Below are positions 8,301 to 17,300 of a stretch of 54,750 nucleotides of DNA, piece by piece. The stretch lies in the IMG/VR virus record IMGVR_UViG_3300011113_000434, positions 1 to 54,750 of that record, one strand, 5' to 3'. The translations under genes were made by a program, and so were the position numbers. This DNA comes from a virus (Duplodnaviria; Caudoviricetes). Each line of letters opens with the position of its first letter. Positions within the stretch are counted from its first letter, which is position 1. Under the pieces are notes generated by a model. That model was not told the origin of the DNA. It searched no databases and saw nothing but the letters and a program-made list of their open reading frames with translations.

Positions 8301-11300
8301 GCTATTTCTGGATTATCAACTTCTAATCAATATTATGTTATTAAATATGATTCTGATACTTTCCGTTTGGCAAATGCTGGTATAGGAGGAACAATATCTT
8401 CCAATTATGCCAGAGGAAGTTATGTCAAACTTAACTCTCAAGGATCTGGATATCATATTTTTTCATATCCAGAAATTTCTTTAAATGTTAATGTTTCTTT
8501 TGCAAGCAGTACTGCAGGGATTATAACTGCAACTCCAGTTATTAGAGGAAAAATTGTAGATGCATATCTATATGAAAATGGAAGTGGATATGGATCAAAA
8601 ACAATTAATTTACACAAAAAACCACAGATAAGCATTAAAACAGGAACTGGTGCAGAATTAAAAGCTTTCGTTGTAAATGGAATAATTGTAAGTGTTCAAG
8701 TTCTTGCTGCTGGAAGTAACTATAACGCTGCACCAGATTTAGTAGTTAATGGAGAAGGTATTGGTGCTGTTCTAAGAGCTAAAGTTTCTGGTGGTTCTAT
8801 AACTGATGTTATTGTAATTAATGGTGGATCAAACTATGTTCAAAATACAACATCAGTTTCTGTCCAACCTCCTGGAAAAAATGCATTCATTGATATTTCT
8901 GTCAGATCTTTAACAATTAACTATGCTAATCGTTTTGGAAAAGAAACATTATTGCCAAGTGAGAATAATGTTGGATATGGATGGATTGGATATTCTACAA
9001 GTATTGCTCTAGATCAATTTTCTGATGATGGTGCAAATCACTCACCTATCATTGGTTGGGCATATGATGGTAATCCAATTTATGGACCATATGGATATTC
9101 AGATCCAGAAGATAGTGCTTCCACCATTAAGTTACTAAAAACTGGATATACATTAAATCCATCTATCATCACAAATCGCCCCTCGGGATTTTCTCCAGGA
9201 TTTTTTGTTGAAGATTACATTTATGATGATTCTGGTGATCTTGATTATCACAATGGAAGATATACAAAAACACCAGAATTTCCAAATGGTGTCTATGCAT
9301 ATTTTACGGGAATCAGTACAAATGTAGCAACTAATGAATTAGATCCTTCTTTCCCATATTTTATCGGAGATACTTATAGATCAACAGTTATTCAAGATAA
9401 CTTCTTAAATTTAAATCAAACTTTTGATTTCAATTCTTCAAATCTAATTAGAAACACATATCCATATAAAGTAAATCAAGATTATGCTGATAATGATTTT
9501 ATTATTGAATCTAATGAAGTAACAAATCAGTCTTTAATTGTAGAGTCAACTACTAAAGGATCAATTAACTCTTATGAAATTTTAGAGGCTGGTGATGGAT
9601 ATGCAATGGGTGAATCTGCTGTATTTGATAATTCAGGAACAAATGGTGGTGGTTTAAGTGCAGAGGTTTCTTCACTAAAAGGAAAAACGATAGCAAATAT
9701 TCAAACACAAACACAAATTTATAATAACGTAGTATTCACTTGGAAGGATAAAACAAGTGTAGAAGCTACTGTCTCTCCATATCACACATTATTAGATCAA
9801 GAAAATGTTAGTATTTCTGGATTATCAACATATGTTCCAAAATTAACTGGATCACACTCTGTTGGTGTTTCTACAGAAAGTATTGTTGTATTCAAAGAAA
9901 TTCCAGCAAATTCAGTTTCTGGACTGGTAACTGATATCTATGTTTCAAGAGTATCAAATACTATTTCTATTGGTAGTACCCTTGGTATAGGAACAGAATT
10001 TATGTCTGTTCTTAATATCTTTAAAGATCAAAATGTGCTCCGTGTTAAGAGGGGAGTAACTGGAACCGCACACACAGATAGAACTAGAATTGATATATTA
10101 GCAAATAAACTTACAGTTCCTATCAGTATCAATCATTTTGATGGATATCTAAATGATAAATTTTACTTCAATCCAAAATATTCGATTGGTATTGGTAGAA
10201 CAGATGGAATTTCTTCTCTTGTAAAAGTTTCAATAGGAGAAACTTCTCAAGATGTTTCTGTTCTATCAAGAAGCATATATGCACCCAATCATCCATTTAA
10301 AAATAATCAAAGAGTTGTTTTAAGCATTCCACCAGGATCTAGCCCAATTTCAGTTGCAAATACTTCTGGTGGAGCAGCATTTACAATTCCATATACTGGC
10401 GTAAGTACACAAACACTTTACGTTGTAAATAAATCACCTAACAGCATTGGATTAGTAACAGAATTTTCTACAACCAGTTACATTGTATCTTTTGGATCAA
10501 CATTAGCAGTTACAAATGCAGAGTACAGTAATGTAACTGGAATTTTAACGGTAACTACTTCAACACCACACTCATTTAGCCCAGGATTTTCACTAGCATC
10601 ATTGTCTTCATTAGTTTTTGGTCAAGTTAGTCCCAATGATGCTTACACAACAACACAATATACACTTTGGGCAGATGTTTTATTCGATAAAGAAGATGAA
10701 ATTTTTATAGTAAATACTCCATCTGGATTACTACCAACAGGAACATTTGCTGTTCTCTCTACACCAAATGTTAATACATTTACTGTAAATGTTGGAACAT
10801 CACTAACGGCATTTGGATATTCTTATGGTGGATCAGTTCTTGGATTCACTTCATTTACTGTTTACAATAGTGATGGTTTATACTTCTTAAATAATGGATC
10901 TGATAACTATGAATATCTATTAAGATCTGATTATACTGAAGTAACTGGAAAAATTGAAAAAAATAAAACTGTAGTTTCAATTTCTACAGATCATGGATTA
11001 AAAAATGGAGACAATATTACATTAACTGTTAAACCCAACCTAACAGTTGGTATTGGAACATCTTCTTTTGTTAAAGTAAAAATAAACAGCACAGAAGGTA
11101 AAATTCTAATCAATCCTATTGGATTTGGATCGGTTGGAATTAGTACTTTCTCTGGAGTAATTAATATCCCATCTCATGGATATGCCACTGGCGATAAAGT
11201 TTTCTATAATGCTAGTGATGAAATAGCGTCTGGATTGACAACATCTTCTTACTATGTTTATAGAATTGATAATGACAATATTAAATTATCAGAATCTTAC

Positions 11301-14300
11301 AAAGATGTTATTTCTAATCCACCAACAACAATAAGTATTGCATCAACTGGTGGAAAAAATCAGGAATTGAGTCTAATTAATCCACCAATTAGTGCAATAA
11401 AAGGAAATAATTTAAAGTTTGATCTATCAGACTCTTCTCTAGTTGGATATAAGTTAAAAATATACTATGATGTTGATCTTGCAAACGAATTTATATCCAT
11501 AGGTGGTAGTAGCTTCACCGTAGCAAATTATGGAACAGTCGGAGTTACAACAAATGCTGCTTTAATCATTGAATACAGTGATACTATTCCATCAAAACTC
11601 TTCTATGCATTAGAAAAATCTGGTTATATTAGTACCTCTGATAAAGAAGTAGTTAATTCATCACAAATATCTTTTGTTGACAGTCTTTATAATGGTTCTT
11701 ATAAAATAGTTGGTGTTGGATCAACTACTTTTGAGTTATCACTTGCACAAAAACCAGAGAGATCTCAATATACAATTAATGAGTGTAGGGAATTAAAATA
11801 TACAACAACATCTCTAAATGCAAGAGGTGGTGTTGATAAAATGAAAATTGTATTCGGTGGATTTGGATATAAGAGATTACCACTATTCCAATATATTAAT
11901 TCTGATACTGGAATAAATGCAAATATTAATATACTCTCAGATAATATTGGTAATATAAAAGATATTAGAATTTTAGATCAAGGATTTGAATATGCTTCAG
12001 ACAAAACATTAAGACCAGAAGCACTCATTTCTCCACTTTTAACATTAGTAGATAATACCGAAATTACAAGTGTTGAAGTTCTTGATGGTGGAAAAAATTA
12101 TACTTCTGCACCAAATATTGTTATCTACAATCCATCAACTGATGAAATTGTTAACAGTGGATATTTAAAAGCAAATACTTACTCAAATTCAGTCAGCAAT
12201 GTTGAAATTATTGATGTACCTAAAGGTTTAAATGCAGTTGTTCATGAACTATATGCTGTTGATAATACAAATGGTGTTGGTATCAATACCATTATATCTG
12301 GTCCTGGAGTTGTTACTTGTTTCCTATCTACTCCTGCTATTGGATTCTCAACAGCACCATTTGCAGTTGGTGATGTAATTTTTGTTGAAGGAATTCAGAA
12401 TAATACATCTCAGGGAGATGGATTCAATTCTATTGATCACAACTTTACATTTTTTACAGTTAATAAATTTGTTAATACGGTTCCCGCAAGATTGGAATAT
12501 GATATTTCTGTAGCAACTAATAATCCTGGACTAGCAAAAACTGACCAATTCTCTTTTGCAAATATCGTCAAAAAATCTGATCTTCCTAGATTTAGAATTA
12601 CACAAGCCGAATCCAAGTTTAAACTTGGAGAAACAATTGCTGTAAAAAATTCTAATGGATCATTCACCATTCAAGATCTTATAGTCACTGATTTTAGATC
12701 TAATAAAATTAAAATCCTAGGTGAATACGAATTAGTTACTGGCGACATCATTAAAGGTCAAATATCTGGTTCTATAGCAGAGATTGAAAATACATCACCA
12801 AATAAAGGTAGATTTGAAACAGATTATTCACTAAGAAAAGATTTTGGATGGAGTGATGATGTTGGAAAGTTAAATGAAGACTATCAGGTTATTCCTGATA
12901 ATGATTATTATCAAAATCTCTCATATACTGTCAAGAGTCCTCTAGAATATGAAGAGTTAATTACTCCTGTAAACAGACTTCTTCATAGCACAGGTATGAA
13001 GAATTTTGCAGATACTCAAGTTTCAACATCTTCTACACTATCCATTCAATCTGAAGATGTTACTAGTTTGGCCCTGATTGATATTATTAATGAAGAAAGT
13101 GTTGAAGAAATTAAGAATTTAGATCTAGGTTTAGATGTTGATGTTCTAGTAGATGGATCTCAGAAATCAAAATTCTTCAAATTTAAAAATAGAAAACTTG
13201 CAGACTACATTGAGTGTAGAACCAATAGAGTTCTTTTAATTGATGATATTTCAACACAATTCTCTAATAGTAATCTAAATGAAGGTGGATATGCTGATAT
13301 TTACAACTACAGTGAAACTTATGCTCGTTTCTTAGTTCAAATTAAGGATACTAATGAGCGTTTCATGCAGTTATCCGAATTGATTGTATTGTATACAGAT
13401 AGTGAAGTTCTTATTGAAGGTATTAAAGATGCAAAAACATTTACCTTAGAAAAAGGATCTTTATACAATAAAGCAAATCCAATTGGCAATTTAGATGGTA
13501 ACATTGACCAATTCGATAATCTAACACTGAGATTTACACCACAATCTACATTCATTGATGATTATGATATTAAGATTTTGGTTAATAAGTTTAATACAAC
13601 TGTTGGTGGCGGATCTAGTATCAATAATTATGGAGCAGTTTCTCTAAACTCAAGATCTAAGCAAGTTGGTTCTGGAACATCGGAAACTATTATTGAATTT
13701 GATTCGACTAAAGTAGATGGTTTCCATGGAACAATTCATGTTTTAGATTTAGAAAATAATGAGATGAATTTCTATGAGGTATATTCATATACTGATAGAA
13801 CTGATGTTTATATGTCAGAGTATTATTTTGATAACCAAAAAGCAACTACAAGTGCTTCAACAAATGTTTTAGGAACATTTACTTCATATCTCTCTGGGGG
13901 AGTTCTTAAATTAGATTTTGATAACAACAAAACACTAACCAATAAACTTGTGAGAGCAAGAATAGTTGGTTTTGGATCAACTGCTTTAGGAATTGGAACT
14001 TATAGATTTGCTCTTCCTGGACAACCACAAGAAAGAAGTGCTAGATATGACTCTTCTGTTGTTCACACAGTTGGAGCATCGTCAACAACTGTTGTTGGTG
14101 TTGCAAGTGATATTATCTCTTCTGTTAAATCATATGTTAGAGTTTCTGCTGGAAATACCTCAGCACTCCATCAAGTTATGATGATGCATGATGGAAGAGA
14201 AATTTATGTGCTTCAATATCCATTCCTATCAATAGGATCAACAACTGGAATTGGAACTTTTGGTGGACAATTTGTCAGTGATTTGGTTAGACTTAATTTC

Positions 14301-17300
14301 TATCCAGATTCAAATATTACTGGAGTAGTAACCATTACATCATTTAACGAAAAACTTTACGCATTTGCTGATAGGCAAAATAAAGCACCAGATTTTGTTT
14401 ATGGTCCAGAAACAGATTCTCTAGTTCTTTCTGAATATAATGGAACTCAAGGCGATAGAATTAACCGTCTTGATTTTACTGCTTCATATCAAGGATACCC
14501 AATCTTCAGCAAATCTTTTGATCCAGGAGATTCAGCACAACTTAATCTAGCGACTGGTATATTTACAATTAAAAATCACTTCTTCCAAACTAATGAAAAA
14601 CTAAATTATCAATCAGCATCAACTTTTGTTGGAGTAAATCCTGTTTCCGTTGGAATTGGATCGACTCTGGTTGGGGGAGTAACATTTACTGGTGATTTTA
14701 TATCTGGATTCTCAACAATTACTGGTGTTAGTACTTCTACTGGTTTACTAGTTGGTCAAACAGTAATTGGCCCAGGAGTACAGAATAATACAACAATTGT
14801 CAGCATTGGTCAAACCTTTAGGTGGTTTAGAGGTAATGTTTCCACAGGATCTACAGTAATTACTGGAATAGCAAATACTGCGATAATGGTTGTTGGATCT
14901 GGTATTTTCTCTGGAAATGGAACCAATCTAGGAACTCTAATTTCGATCGGCATTAATTCAATTAGTGCTAGTACAACTTTACCAGTTGGTACTGGAGTAA
15001 CTTATTATATTAACGCTCTTGGCATTGGAGTATCACTATCTAAAGTTTCTACTGCTACAACATTTAGACAAACATATACAAGCGGAATTGTAACAACTAT
15101 TTGTCCATCTACAGTTTATGCAATTAAGTTAGATAATGATAGATTCAAACTTACAGGAACTCAGGGTTCTGGAATTGCATTTACCTTTACTTCTGCTGGT
15201 AGTGGTAATGCTCATAAACTAACAATGGATAAGAGATTAGAAAAATCTCTTATTTGTATTGATAATGTTAATCAATACCCACTTGCATTTACTCCAATAT
15301 CATATAAGTTAGCAAATAATAGCGGTCAAATTGGAGCAGCAAATACTGTATTTGGAATTAGTGGTATTAGTTCCATTCGAGTAAATGATGTTCTTAAAGT
15401 TGATAATGAATTTATGAAGATCCTATCATTTGGATATGGATCTAGCACTACAGGACCTATTAGTGGAATTGGAACTTTCCTCTTGATGTCGGTTGAGAGA
15501 GGTTTCTCTGGAACGATTGCAACAGCACACTTAGATAATGCAGATGCTAGAATTTATAGAGGAGCATATAATATTGAAGAAAGCACCATTTATTTCACTG
15601 CGGCACCTCTTGGATCTGGTGTAAATGTTTTAGATAGTAGCAATCTAAAGAGACCAGTATCTAAGTTTGATGGTAGAGTATACCTGAGAAAGGATTATAC
15701 AACTAATAAGATATATGATGATATTTCAGACTCATTTACTGGAATTGCTCAAACATTTAGACTGAGAAATCAAGGAAACTCAACAACAGGAGTAGAAGCT
15801 GGAAGTGGGGTTGTATTTGTTAATGAAATGTTCCAGACTCCAACTACTGGAAATAACGCAGGAAATAATTATGCTCTGCAAGAAAATTCAGGAAATACAA
15901 ATGTTATCTTTACTGGCATTACTTCAAGTGATGGTTCGATTGTAAAATCTTTAGTTGATGTCAATCAAAATCAATTGCCAAGGGGTGGAATTATTATTTC
16001 TCTTGGATCAACTCCAGGTTTAGGATATGCACCTCTAAAAGGAGCACAAGTTGGAATTATTACTGGACCTAGTGGTCAAATCACAAACATTGTAAGTGTT
16101 GCAACTACTGGATCTTACTCTTCTATGACTGGATTCAGTTATAATCAAGTTACTGGTGTTGCAACCGTTTCAACCGCAGCTTCTCATGGTTTACTTGTTA
16201 ATGATCAAATATCATTTAGAAATATCAAACTTGAATGTCCAGATGGATATGCTGGATTAGGAACAGTTGGAATTAGTAGTTTGTTCTACAGTAATGTTAC
16301 TGGATTTATGACAGTAACTACAAGTTCTCCTCATAAGTTGGCAACAGGAATGAATATTAGATTGAGAAATCTAAGATTTGATTGTCCAATTGGAGTTGGT
16401 GGAACCATTGGAATTGTTACTGCTCAATATAGTAAAGCAACTGGTGTTTTAACAGTAACAACAAATTATGCTCATGGACTAGGAATTGGTGGAACTGTTC
16501 AATTAAGAGAACTACAATTCTCTTGCACTGGACCTTCTGGAATTACAACGACTATATTCCCAGATGGAACTCGTGGATATTTCTTCCCTGTTAATAATGT
16601 TGGATCAACTACATCATTTACAACAAATGTAGGAACATCAACCATCACTCATAATTATCAGAGAGGTGGATATGTCCGCGTTGGGGTAACAACTGATCTG
16701 TTCCCCGATGGATCAAGAGGATACATCTTTACTGTTGCTTCCATTGTTGGACCAAATACATTTGGTGTTAATGTTGGAACAAGTACAATTCGCCATAACT
16801 ACATCAATGGTGGAACAATTGAATCTGGAATTACAACTAATATCTTCCCAGATTCAAGAGGAGTTCCATTTAGCATCAGTAACTTCCAATATCATAAGAC
16901 AACAGGTGTTTCTACAATAACCTTTAATAGTAATCATAACTTTAAGTTATCGGATACTATTAAAATTGTTAATGCTAGATTTGATTGTCCAATTGCTGCT
17001 GGAACAACAATTGGAATTACGTCTGCTCAATATAGTAAAACAACTGGAATTCTAACAGTAACCACTGCTACTCCTCATGGTCTTGGTGTTGGTGGAACAA
17101 CAAGAATATTTGCTATGAACTTCTCTTGCCCACCAGGAAGTTCTGGAATTACAACAACTGTCTTCCCAGATGGAACTCGTGGATATTTCTTCCCTGTTAA
17201 TCTTGTCGGATTCCCAACACAATTCACAACAAACGTTGGAACATCTACAATTACACACAACTATGTAAATGGTGGTTATATACAGATTGGTATTACTACT

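Noticed and set aside
16557-17201. Possible DGR template/variable repeat pair
   Set aside because: Both copies are in-frame within gp7, flanking differences are not adenine-specific, and no reverse transcriptase is in the window.
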